A DNA stretch of 64,000 bases from Blasia pusilla (lineage: Eukaryota). Below, piece by piece: positions 12,335 to 23,772 of this stretch. Each line of letters opens with the position of its first letter. The stretch's first letter is position 1. The stretch covers positions 18,786,001 through 18,850,000 of the forward strand of contig CM114271.1 in NCBI GenBank assembly GCA_050084515.1, in the 5' to 3' direction. The translations under genes and the position numbers were made by a program. The notes beneath the pieces are model-generated. The model saw only the letters and a list, made by a program, of their open reading frames with translations, was not told the DNA's origin and ran no database searches.

Positions 12335-12982
12335 AAGGAAGTCTTTGGTCAGTTCATGTTGGGATCCTCCCTCTCTTGGTGTAATAGCTATCTTGAGGCT
12401 TTCAACTTATTGGATATGGGTTTTAGGGCATATCATTGGGTAGGGCCTTTAGGGACACCACTTTTGGGTTTTAGTGGAAGTTGGAAATTTGATGTGAAAA
12501 TATTGGAGATCTTCCCTATGATGCCAGAGGATATTTATTTTCCGGTAAATTAATTCTAATTTAGTGTGTCCTATGTGAAACCCCACTCACTTGAGTGATA
12601 GAAATTCAGGTTTGTGTGAGCACACGCCTTTTTTTGGGCCAAATAAAGTGTTTTGGGGTAATAATTTTACTGGGGCATTGTAGTTGATAGTGTTTTAGAG
12701 GGTTCGATCGATTTACAAATTTGCCCCCCATAATTGCGGAGAAGTCTTTGACCCAACTTTGTGCAGTGGTGCACTACTAGGTTTGAGAAAACTAGTGGAC
12801 ACTCGTGAGATGCACCGGATAATATAAATTAAGTACTATAATTACCTATGACTAATGACTTAACTAACCCCCAAAAATTTTAATTGACCTTTCAAACGAT
12901 CTTATTGGTTTAGAGATTGAACAATACTATTAATACTGTGAGCGAAGAGGGCCAAGTGTCAAGAGGAGAGATGTTTGAAATT

Positions 12983-13726
12983 TGTCGTGCGCATACACAT
13001 CGCTACACAACGTACATGGCTGGTCACATCCACACCACACAACACCGATCTTCCCCACACACGGTAGATCCGCACATGAATAGAAATCAACTCATACATA
13101 TACATGGAGATCACACAACAAAAATAAAGAGTAGTAAAAACGGCAGACCCAGCCTAAAACTCCACTCCTCAATCTCCATCGGCATATCGAGCCTCGTCCA
13201 CCCTGTGCTATCAAGGAATCCAGACGCTAGCACCTAGTTCTAACTCACACACACGAGCAAGAATGGTACTCCAACGGCCCAACATGAAAAAGATGGCTTG
13301 GGAAAGCCATCTTCCTCCCTTATATAGGGTTGGGAAGAGCCAAAAGGCTCTTCCCCTAAACATAGCTATCCTCATGGTAACCTACGCGCACAGGTTACCA
13401 GAGGCAAGTGACTTGCTCAACAAGTCACCCGGCTGTGAAAGACTCCAACAGGAAAGTTGTTAGAAAAGACGTTACTGACACAACGGACCTATCCTCAACC
13501 TCATCCAACACCGCGGGACAAAGTTACACTCAAGAAAGTCCTCTGGCTCCTATGCCCTATCCACGATAGATCTCCGCCTATCGGCTACTCAGATGTGACA
13601 GTTGTCCTGCACATACACATCGCTACACAACATACATCAACACCACACAAAACCGATCTTCCCCACACACGGGTAGATCCACACATGAATAGAAATCAAC
13701 TCATACATATACATGGAGATCACACA
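12983..13726 (-). repeat. 3' terminal A-B-A repeat block of copy 1
   Basis: A' 12983-13117 and A 13603-13726 are ~125-135-bp direct repeats around B (~13120-13600). On the element strand the A/B junction reads GGACA-AC-TGTCA and the terminus ends ...CGACA. The purine tract CCAGCTAGGGGGGCGGT precedes A. Confidence 0.85.
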
Positions 13727-13947
13727 ACCGCCCCCCTAGCTGGCAGTTGGATCCCCCTAACTCCAGATAGAAAATATCACGTCTCCTTGACATGACCTAC
13801 TATCCTATACACATCTCAGACACATCCATCCTCCCATGGGAACTACATCAAGAGGGGGGGTCAGACATCACATATGCCACCCTTGAGAACAACCATCACA
13901 TACCAACACGGTGGTTGCATCCCTCGCAAAGCCCCACAACATACACC

Positions 13948-14850
13948 TCAAGCAGGTATCACTGCCAAGCTCGGATCCACTATCCCATCCACGTTCGCAA
14001 GATGATATGGCGCACAATTACACACATGATCCTTCCAAACCATACAATCCCGTCCCTCCAACATGAGGACTCCGGTCGGTGATACCTCGAGCACATGTAG
14101 GATTATGCGCCCTATAGTGACATCTAGCTTCGTGGGTGCCACCTCTTGTAAATACACGTAATCTCCAGGATGCAACATCCTAATCCCTGGATGATAACCT
14201 CCTCCACGAATGGTCGCGTACCTCAATGTATCTCTATGTTGAGCAATAGCTAAGTTCTCAAAGGCCATAGGCATAACTCTATGAAAAATCTCCGCCCTGT
14301 GAGAACACGCTAGATCATTAAGATCTAACACCTCTGCCATGTAACATCGAATAGCTGCAAGTAAGTCTGGCTCTCTCCCAAAGAGCAAAAAGTATGGTGA
14401 AAATGACGCCAAGGATGTCTGCCAACTAAAGCAATAACCCATAGCCAACCATGGCAACTGTAGGTCCCACTCCCTCAACTGTCTCCGGTGCAAGCCATAC
14501 TTGCGCAATCCTCTCTTCACCGTCTGTACTGCTCTCTCCGCCAACCCATCCGCTTCAAGATGATCTCTGGATGTGGTGCGGTGATCTATCAACGCTTGAT
14601 CACACAAGGCTTGAAACTCTCCCCTGAACTCGGTACCCTGGTCAATCAACACCTCCGCCGTTGCACTAAAGTGACTAAGCACACGATCTAGAAATGCATA
14701 AGTTGTTCCCTCACTCGCCTTGTCCGGTAGTGCCACCCACTCTCTCCACTTGGAGAAATGCTCCATCATGACCAACACGTACATGTGATGATGCCCCATC
14801 ATTGGCAAAGGTCCCGAAAAGTCTAAACTCCACCGATAATCTAAACCCAT
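13948..14850 (-). pseudogene. Copy 1 integrase core (rve), followed by a frameshifted PHD finger at ~13810-13945
   Basis: WSLDFSGP..VLIDQGTEF..EADGLAERAVQTVKR; downstream CMLW...VLVCDGCSQGWHM*CLTPPL..VPMGGWMCLRC. Confidence 0.9.
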
Positions 14851-15364
14851 TTTCATGTCTTTTAGGATAGATCGGTGAAATCTAGTAGAGCGCCTTCATG
14901 AGTAGTGGAGGATAGGCTTAGTAGGTTGATGATGACCCGCTGAGGCCCCGGGAAACATGAGAGAGCAAGTTTCCCCTTTGTTTCCGCTCATTTGGAGCGA
15001 TATTGAGGAACTTACTATTTTAGGTAAGTACCATTTTGAGTATATGATCGACTTTCTATTTTTGTTAAGTGACTCTTGACCTCCTACATCACGTCAAGAG
15101 CCCAGGAGGTGACTTGGGAGAATAGGTTACCATGGAGAGAGCTTGGGAGAGGAGAGGGGTATACCTCAAGGAGAGAGAGCTTAAGAGCTCATTCTCTCTT
15201 TGTTGAATCTCTTGGCATGAGGCATCGCAGCTATGGTCCCTTGCATTGTGAGTGTAACCCAAGCCTCTCATTAGGAGAGTGGGTTTGGTTTGACATGAGA
15301 AAGAGTGCACACCTTTGAGAGCTATGGTGTGAGATGGTGTAGAGAGATATTGGATCTTACTTTA
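14851..15364 (+). repeat. 5' terminal repeat B of copy 2 (~514 bp)
   Basis: Closely similar direct copy of 23901-24410. Neither preceded nor followed by repeat A, and no recognisable tRNA PBS follows it. Confidence 0.9.
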
Positions 15365-18300
15365 CAAAGAGAGAATGAGAGAAAGAGAGAATGAGAGAAT
15401 GAGAGAGTGACAGAGCTTCATGGGGGAGCTGGCTGGTCACTCGCTGTTTTTGCAGGTTGGGGACCGTGTTTCCCATTCAGTGGCTCATGGAAGTGCTCAC
15501 CGGAGCAAGGGCTACTTTGATTGGTCTTTGCATTTGCGAGTTTTTCGTGTGGAAGAGTGGCGCGCGGAAGCGTTGCCCAATTTCTGATAGGGATTGATTA
15601 TGGGGGTGGATTGCCCCATGCTAGTGCTCTCGAGAGCACCATGACGCTTGCTAATGTGTATTTTTACACGTTTCACATTTTGGTTGGGAGTAATCAGCGC
15701 GGAAGTGCTGCCAAATTTTGTGTAGGAGAAAGAGACATTGGGCTTTGTGACAATCCCCGTCAATTTTTACTGAAATGTCCAATTCAAAATATTTTTTGAC
15801 ATTGTCATAGATGGTGAAGCTGTGCACGTGGTGCAACAAACAGTGTGCAATTTGGAGTTACAAGTAAAAAGTTCTGGTCAATCTTGCAAAATTGCCATTG
15901 CTAGGCAATTTTTAGGGTTAAATTGTTCAAACCCTAAACCAACCGCCACGCCGGCGGCGGCCATCGCCGTCATAGTCATAGTCACCGGTCAACGGTCAAC
16001 TTTCATAGTTGACGGTCAACCGACCACCGACCATCGTCGGCCGTTGCCGTTGCCCAGCGTTGCTCAGAGCCGCATTTGGCCGTTGTCCATCCTTTGGTTG
16101 TCATTGCTGACATTACGGAGTGGAGGGTCTTCCAGAACGTTCGTTGATTCTGTGACTTGCGTCACCACCACATACTTTGTTTCGGCCGCCAACGTCATCG
16201 AAGTTTTGTCATCAACCAGTGATGGCATACGACCTCCGGTTATGGTGTTTGAGTTTTGATTTCATGTTGGTATGTTGTGATTGGTAGGTGCTCCACGATG
16301 ATCGAGTACTGTGTCGTGACGCCTGTAGCCGCAACGCGCCGCCGATTGCCGCGCCGTGCCGCTCGTGGCCGCACGGCACCGTCTCGATCGCGGAGCCACA
16401 CCGTCATTGTGGAGCAAAGTGTGGTTTTATTGTTGATGGAGAAGGGTATGCCGCCGAGTGCCGCATCCCACCATCGAGGTTCGTGTCGTTCGTAGCCGTT
16501 CCGTGCCGCCTGCAACGCCGCACCGTTCCCTTGGAATTGCACTGCTTATCGAGGAGTTTTGAGCAGCGTCAGTACAAGAGGATTATGGCTTGCTGATTGG
16601 AGGAGTTGTCTCCACGACCGAGTTGGGGTTGAGATTTGCAGTTGCTGAGGAGCGACATCGACATGTGTTCAGGTTACCCATTCTAGTTCTTTACCCTGCA
16701 CGTGTGAGGGATTCTGGGATTCGGGTAGTTTATTTGGGGATATTGGGTTGTGTGGATGCTAAGAGCATCATTTATGTATGTGGTTTAGGGGACATAGACC
16801 TGTGTGAGATGTCCGGAGTTGAGGGTAGGTTGTCGATGAGATGATAGCCTGGTCGATTTGCCGCACCATGCCGTTTGTTGCCGCACGTTACACGTCTCGG
16901 GGAGGGAGAGTGTAGATCGAGTACCGCATGTTTGGGATGAGTAATTGAGGGATTACTTACGAGGTTGAGAGTGATTGTGTGAGAGGGGCACGAGGACCAT
17001 CACGGCGTCCTTTCAGGATTTTGAGAGACGAGGTAGTGGACCTGAGAGTAGCTCTGGAGGGTTTACCTGGAGTGGTGCGAGGTTTCTAGGGTCTCCACGT
17101 GAGAGACCACCTCGATCTCCTTCTATGTCATCTTCAAACGAGGGGGAACATGTAGAGGAGTGTGTTAGTGATCCACCGTACACATTGAGTAGTCCTACTA
17201 GTTGGGTGTACGAGATGGAGGACCGGGGTAGAGGATCGCGTAGGTTTTCACGAGTTTGGAAGGCGCCCGGATGAGAGTTTGCGTGAGGCTTACACTCGCT
17301 TGCGCTAGTTGATCAACGTCACTCAGGGGGTGACAGGGGCTTAGGCTATCCAATTATGGTACACGATGCTGGACCAAACCCTGCGGACACGGGTGCGGGA
17401 GGGGGTGCTTCTTATGAACACCTCCCCTACGTTGAGAGATGTTATTAGGACCGCCAAGAACATTGAGCGCAACATGGCGGAGGAGAGCGTAGCCACCATG
17501 GGTTATGGGCGAGAGCAGTCACGATTGTCTGCACTACCTGCGCAGCAACGTGGACTGCGAGATAGGTTGACAAGGGCACCACGAGCTTAGGGAGGATACT
17601 GGAAGGCCGTTCCACAGAGACTTGCACCTTCATATGCGGCTCAGCAGCAGCCGCCTACTATTTCTTGTTGGTCATGTGGTGGAGCCCATCATCAGCGCAA
17701 TTGCACTTGTCAGGGTCATGGACATGTGCCTCAACATGGAGGAGGAGATGGTGCTGCACCAGGAGGTTATCTCTGTGACTTTTGTCAGGGGTATGGTCAT
17801 ACACGTGCCAAGTATTTCAATTTACATCTTGAGTTACGTCAAGACCGAGGGCGAGAGAGGGCGCCAGAGCGAGTAGTCGGTCTGGGTGGGCCTAGAGATC
17901 GTGCACCAGGTGGTCCCGTTGGGGGACGAGGAGCTGGAGTTGCCTGACACGGTGGTGGAGCTGCCCGTGGAGGAGGTAGAGTACCACCACCTAGACGCGC
18001 CGAGGGAGACACCGGGCATGAGGCTAGGATGGATGCTCAGATACAACAACTAAACAAGCAGATTGCAGTTATGGCATTGAGGTTACCCGATGCCGGATCC
18101 GTGGCATCGACATCATATGGAGCAACCAGAGATCTGGAGGATCCTGGTTGGATGTGCAAGGTTGCCCAGATGGAGGCAGCCGCAGTTGTGACGCGTGGAG
18201 CAGCCGCAGAGTTTGATCCACAGCGAGGGGAAGCCATGAAACAGACTAGGCTTCCTCAGTCTTTCACGTTGTCCGGGGCGATGAGGACCCCATTGATGGG

Positions 18301-19499
18301 CCCTGATCAGAGTTCTTGGAGAGTTGGTGATGTTGTTGGTGTGCAGGCACTGAGGGCGATGGGAGAAGCGAGTACAATGACTCCTATTGTTGATGCTCAG
18401 GAGGGGCATGTGTCGAGCACGTTGTTGGGGGTGGCCACCGTTGTGTACCGCACTCCTTTATTTTTTGCTTCGGATGTTATGACGTTGGGGGTATGTCCGC
18501 CAAGGCTTTTCGGCTGGCCGCTATGCTATGTGAGCGTGGAGTTCCTCCATCACATTCAGAGGTGATTACAGAGGAGGTGATGGACCTGCCCTTGGAGCGG
18601 ATGCTGAGGCCGTCCATGTCAGATTCATGGCAGGCTCTGATTGCTAGGATGGTGGAGATGCCCGCTAGACCCGCGATAGAGCGTGCCATGGATTCTCTTG
18701 GTGTTGTATTGCTAGATAACCAAGGAGAGGTCTTTTTCAGTTGGTGAGTTCCAGAGGTAGAGCTTTTAGTCCGCAGCATCTTGTTGGATTCTGGAGCGCA
18801 ACCCCTCATGTTGGGGAAAGCGTCATTCAGAGGATTGGGCTTGACGAGAGCCGATGTGGAGCGTTGTCCATTCCGGATACAGACATCCTTGGGTGGAGTG
18901 AGTACCACACAGTATATCACCCGACAGGAGGTCGTGGTGAGGATTTTCCCGGGACATCCTACAGATGAGTCCGTGGTGCGAGTCAAGGCGATAGTGACTG
19001 ATGCAGAGTCCTACGACGTCTTGGTTGGTGGAGCAGTGTTATATCCGATGGGGTTTTCCCTGGATTATTGGGAGGAGTCAGCATCCTACAGACGAGGATG
19101 GAAGTCAGGTGATGGGCGCCTTAGCTCATTACCCGTTCGATTCATAGGTGCAGTGATCGAGCAACGGCCAAGAGAGATGGCGACCTTAGCAGTATTTAGC
19201 AGTGCCATCACTTGGCCTAGTGATTTGATTGAGGGACATGTCCATGTAGAGGATACTCCCATTCCTGACATTTCTATTGAGAGGAGTGTTATGGTAGCCG
19301 CATCATTCCGTGGAGGAGAGATGCCGTTGTGGGGCTCGACTAAGGAGCTTGGACAATTGGCACATGAGCACGTGCAGACCGCGTGGAGCGAGGCGTTTGC
19401 ACCAGAGGGTGACGGGTCTGAGGAACCTAGGGAAGCAAGGAGTGCTACGATGACACCCTTGGATACCACACCCATTGTGTGGTGTATCCCGGAGGAGGG

Positions 19500-20460
19500 T
19501 ATTCGAGTGTTAGATCTCTTTGGAGGGATTAGCATCGAATTAGCTTCTATTTAGCAAGTAGGAGTGCAAGTGCAGTAGTATCTGTATGTGGAGAGTGATG
19601 ATGTTGCGAGGCGCATCTCACCACGACATATGGCGTAGTTATGCCTACGTTTTCTTGACTTATTGTGTGCGTCCGCGGTACACGGATACCAGAGTTCCCT
19701 ACCGAGGAATATTTCCTTGTTAGGGACGCAGGACTTAAAGCGGGTAGGGACCATTGATTTGGTCATTTCCGCTTGGCCATGTTAGGGCCAATCGAGTGCT
19801 GGACGAGGCATCGGGTTGGCTGACACTCGGTCGAGGTTGTTTTGGGAGATGTTGAGGGTCTTACGCCAGTTACAAGAGCACCAGTCTCGTTCTCCAGCCT
19901 ACATTCTGGAGAATGTGCCGATCTTAGGAGACTCCAGGTCACAGGTGGTGACAAGTGGTCATCATGTGCGTGCCTGGATCGGCCTAGCAGCGTTCTTAGA
20001 TGCGGCGAGTGTAGGTTCTAGAGCCCATCGCCCGCGACTATGGTGGACCAACTTGGTGCCCCATGCGGTGTTACGAAGGGCGTATGCGAGAGTGGAGCGC
20101 CCCTCCCATTTGTTAGTGGATTCCATTCTGGATCCAAGTCGTCGCTCACACGCAGTGAGGCACAATGATCGACCACCGTTGACTGTGGTCAATAGGGTAG
20201 GCAAGCGGCGGGTAGCCTTTCCCACGTTTGTGAGTTTTCCCGCTTCCTATGCATACAAGGAGGCCGGTCCTGGCTTGGTTTGGGATGACCAAGTTTAGAG
20301 GTTGGTGGAGCCCAACGCTGACGAGAGAGAGCGGGCCATGGGATTTCCCACAGGAGTGACAGCAGTACCGTCAGTATCAGAGGCATCACGACACCATGTC
20401 TTAGGTCAGGCGATGGACCTCAACTTCTTGACATGGATCTTCAGCTTGGGAGTGGCTGAG
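19500..20460 (+). pseudogene. C5 cytosine DNA methyltransferase domain (DNMT3-like) of copy 2, in frame with the protease
   Basis: Motif I IRVLDLFGGIS, II YVESD, IV AWPC*G, RSRLFWE, VI YILENV, VIII HRPRLWWTNL, IX ERERAMGFP, X HHVLGQAM. Several in-frame stops. ORF 18781-19554 contains both the protease and motif I. Confidence 0.9.
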
Positions 20461-22456
20461 CAGCGTCGGATGAGATCGCGACAGATCACAGTGGTTGCAT
20501 TGGTGAGCCCCATGCCTACCAAGACGGTGGAGGCAGTGGCTGGGGACGAGACCCAAGGAGATCGACACACCAAGGGAGATCGGGAGAGACACCCTTGGAC
20601 TTCTTGGGATGTTTTGCAGGTACGCCAGGAGATGATAGCCACAGCATCGAGCGTGGTTCTGGGGACTGCATGTGGAGGAGATCAGAGTTTGCACTTAGCT
20701 GCAAGAGAGCGGTTGAGTGTCATTTTTTGAGATGGGGTTGCACCATAGCAACCACCGATATCCGCGTCGGAGAGTCCTACCGTAGTCACAATGGAGACTT
20801 GGGAGCTAGATATGGGCCCTAAGTTGACAAGAGGAGAGCGGCGCCAAATACATCAGTTCCTCAGGAGTTAGAGGAGCTGCTTTGCGTTTAGCATGGAGGA
20901 TTTGGGTACGGCGAAGGGACCAGGGATCCGCATTGAGTTGTCGAGTGATACGCCGATCTTCCGACGATCCTACACGTCCAGCGATATGGAGAGGGCTCTA
21001 ATTCAGAGTAGGAGCCAAGACTTGGTCAGAGCAGGACTAGTGGAGATGTCGCATGGGGAGTATGCATCTGCCACTGTCATGCCCACCAAGAAGGATGTGC
21101 ATGGCAACTAGACGAATAGGCGGATGTGTGGGGATTATCGACCGATCAATCGGCAGACGAAGTCCGATATTGATGACATCGTAGTCATCAGCGCTACGGT
21201 TGAGGAGCGTGAGCGACATCTAGAAGAGGTATTTCGACGATTGCAATTACATGGGCTGAAGCTATATCCAGGCAAGTGCAAGTTCTTCTATGACCAGATT
21301 GAGTACTTGGGTCATGCGATATACCTAGGGGGCCTTGATGTTCAGTAGACGAAGATAGAGGCTATCTCATGCATTCCACGCCCTACACATGTGAGCCCAT
21401 GGGATTGGCGAACTTCTATCGGCGGTATGTCAAGGGATTCAGTTTGATTGCGAATCCGCTGACCTTGCTGACCAAGATGGATCACGAGTGGCACTAGGGG
21501 GATGAGCACGAGCAAGCATTTCAATTGCTCAAGGATAGGTTGACGTCTGCGCCCATCTTGAGGAGACCGATCAGGGGGCATCCTTTCCAGTTGCACACAG
21601 ATTGGAGCATGTTGGGGCTTGGAGTGGTGCTCACCCAACATGATGATGAGGGTAGAGAGTTTGTGGTGGCTTACACTAGCCGGTTGAACAACGCTACAGA
21701 GGCAAAGTACAGCTCGTATGAGGATGATTGCTTGGCTGCAGTGTGGGTTATCGCGCATTTCAGGTGTTACTTATTCGGCAACCCCTTTACCATCATCACT
21801 GATCATCAACCACTGAAGTGGTTGATGGAGTCCGACAAGCTTACAGGGAAGCTTGCAAGATGGGCTCTGTTGTTGCAAGAGTATGATTTTCAGGAGGTAC
21901 ATAGACCTGGGATGCTCAACCAGAATGCATATGGGTTGAGTCATAACCTATGCCTGAGTCAACGAGATGCGACTGGAGCTCGATGGCATGGAGAGAGTGA
22001 TGAGGAGTCAGTGCCAGGATGGCACGGATCAGCCTATTTAGGCATGTTGGCTATGGAGAGCCAGAGTGTGGAGACTTCAATGGCGAGGTCAGTGAAGAGT
22101 CCTTGGATCCCCAGGCTAGTGAGGAGACCATAAGTGGCCGAGATATTCATGATGATGGAGTAGTCTTGGAGTACCTTTGTACTAGTAGCGTTGCGAGCAC
22201 CGTGGGTGCTAGAGAGCGGGATCGGATCCTACAGCGGGCCAGACGGTTCCGTTGGGAGGGGACACATGTTTTGAGGGTTTGGGAGGATAGTAGAGTTCGC
22301 ATAGTGCCGCATCCTTTGCAGAGAGCACGACTAGTGTAGCATGCCCATAAGGAGTTGGGTCAATTTGGGATGAAGCGGACGTACAGCTTGCTCTAGATTC
22401 AGTATTGGTGGCGAGGCATGCAGACTGACGTTCAGTAGTTTGTTGCCAGGTGCATA

Positions 22457-23584
22457 GTGTGTGATCAGATCCGAGCATCGTTCAATGCTCCGACTCCACA
22501 GTTGCATCCATTACCGATCATGGACTTAGGATATAGATGGAGTTTGGATTTTGCACGACCTTTGCCTTTGACGGAGCGTCACAGTCGTTATGTGTTGGTG
22601 ATGGTCGAGCACTTCTCGAAGTGGATCGAGTTGGTTGCATTGCCTGACAAAGCGAGTGAGGGAGTAGCTTATGCCTTCCTTGACAGAGTGTTGAGTCATT
22701 ATGGTGCACCGGCTGAGGTTTTGATAGACCAGGGTACCGAGTTTCGCGGTGAGTTCCAGGCCTTGTGTGATCAGGCGCTCATCGACCACTGCACGACCTC
22801 GCGAGATCATCCCGAGGCGGATGGATTAGCAGACAGAGTTGTGCAGACGGTGAAGAGGGGTTTATGCAAGTATGGCTTGCAGAGAGGTCACCTAAGAGAT
22901 TGGGACCTCCAGTTGGCCTGGTTGGCGATGGGATACAGATTCAACGAGCATGCATCCTTAGTGTCTTTTTCACCGTACTTGCTACTTTATGGCCGAGAGC
23001 CAGATTTACCTACGGCCATTCGTCGAGATGCTGGTGAGGTCCTGGACCTTGATGACCTAGATGTATGGATACGAGCATGTTCTCAAAGGGCTGAGTTATT
23101 TCAGAGAGTGATGCCCATGGCATTCGAGAACTTGGTGATTGCGCAGCATCGGGATACATTGAGGTATGCGACTATTCGGGGTGGTGATTATCGACCAACT
23201 ATCCGGAGGTTTCACCAGCGAGATTATGTCTACTTGCAGCAGACAGCACCGATGACGTTGGATGTGACTGCATGGCGCACTATCCCGAGAGTGCGTGACG
23301 CTTTGCCATCCGGTGTTTTCTTGTTGGAGGGACCCGATGGTATGGTATGGAAGGACCATGTGCGTAATTGTGCACCATGTCACCTTCCTAACATTGATGG
23401 TATAGTAGATCCAAGCTCAGTAGTAGTTCTTGCAGGCTTGCGTTGTATGTTGTGTGGTTCTACTCGTGGTGCGGCCAGGATGCTAGTCTGTGATGGATGT
23501 TCGAGAGTTTGGCATATGGCATGTTTGACGCCACCTCCCACTAGGGTTCCTTGGGGACGATGGATGTGTCCCAGATGTACATAG
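22457..23584 (+). CDS. Copy 2 integrase core with C-terminal PHD finger (open part of a disrupted pol)
   Basis: WSLDFARP, LIDQGTEF, EADGLADR, then the C4HC3 motif CMLC...MLVCDGCSRVWHMACLTPP...VPWGRWMCPRC at the C-terminus. Confidence 0.92.
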   Translation: MCDQIRASFNAPTPQLHPLPIMDLGYRWSLDFARPLPLTERHSRYVLVMVEHFSKWIELVALPDKASEGVAYAFLDRVLSHYGAPAEVLIDQGTEFRGEFQALCDQALIDHCTTSRDHPEADGLADRVVQTVKRGLCKYGLQRGHLRDWDLQLAWLAMGYRFNEHASLVSFSPYLLLYGREPDLPTAIRRDAGEVLDLDDLDVWIRACSQRAELFQRVMPMAFENLVIAQHRDTLRYATIRGGDYRPTIRRFHQRDYVYLQQTAPMTLDVTAWRTIPRVRDALPSGVFLLEGPDGMVWKDHVRNCAPCHLPNIDGIVDPSSVVVLAGLRCMLCGSTRGAARMLVCDGCSRVWHMACLTPPPTRVPWGRWMCPRCT

Positions 23585-23772
23585 AGGAGATACTAGGTAG
23601 GTTTCAATTCTGACTCTTTCTGTGACATGGATGATAGGAAGGCGACTAACGATGGGGCCACATGAGCACCCGACCTTTCTGCTCTTAGCGTCCTAGAGAT
23701 GTATATCATGGTAGGTAGGGATAGATGGCTATCTGAAGTTAGAGGGACCTAACCACCAGCTAGGGGGGTGAT

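Noticed and set aside
11334-12553. Plus-strand ORFs of 163 and 198 aa
   Set aside because: Antisense shadows of the acidic ESF1 exon and its promoter.
12772-12800. CACTAC... possible CACTA terminus
   Set aside because: No matching TIR, subterminal repeats or 3-bp TSD found.
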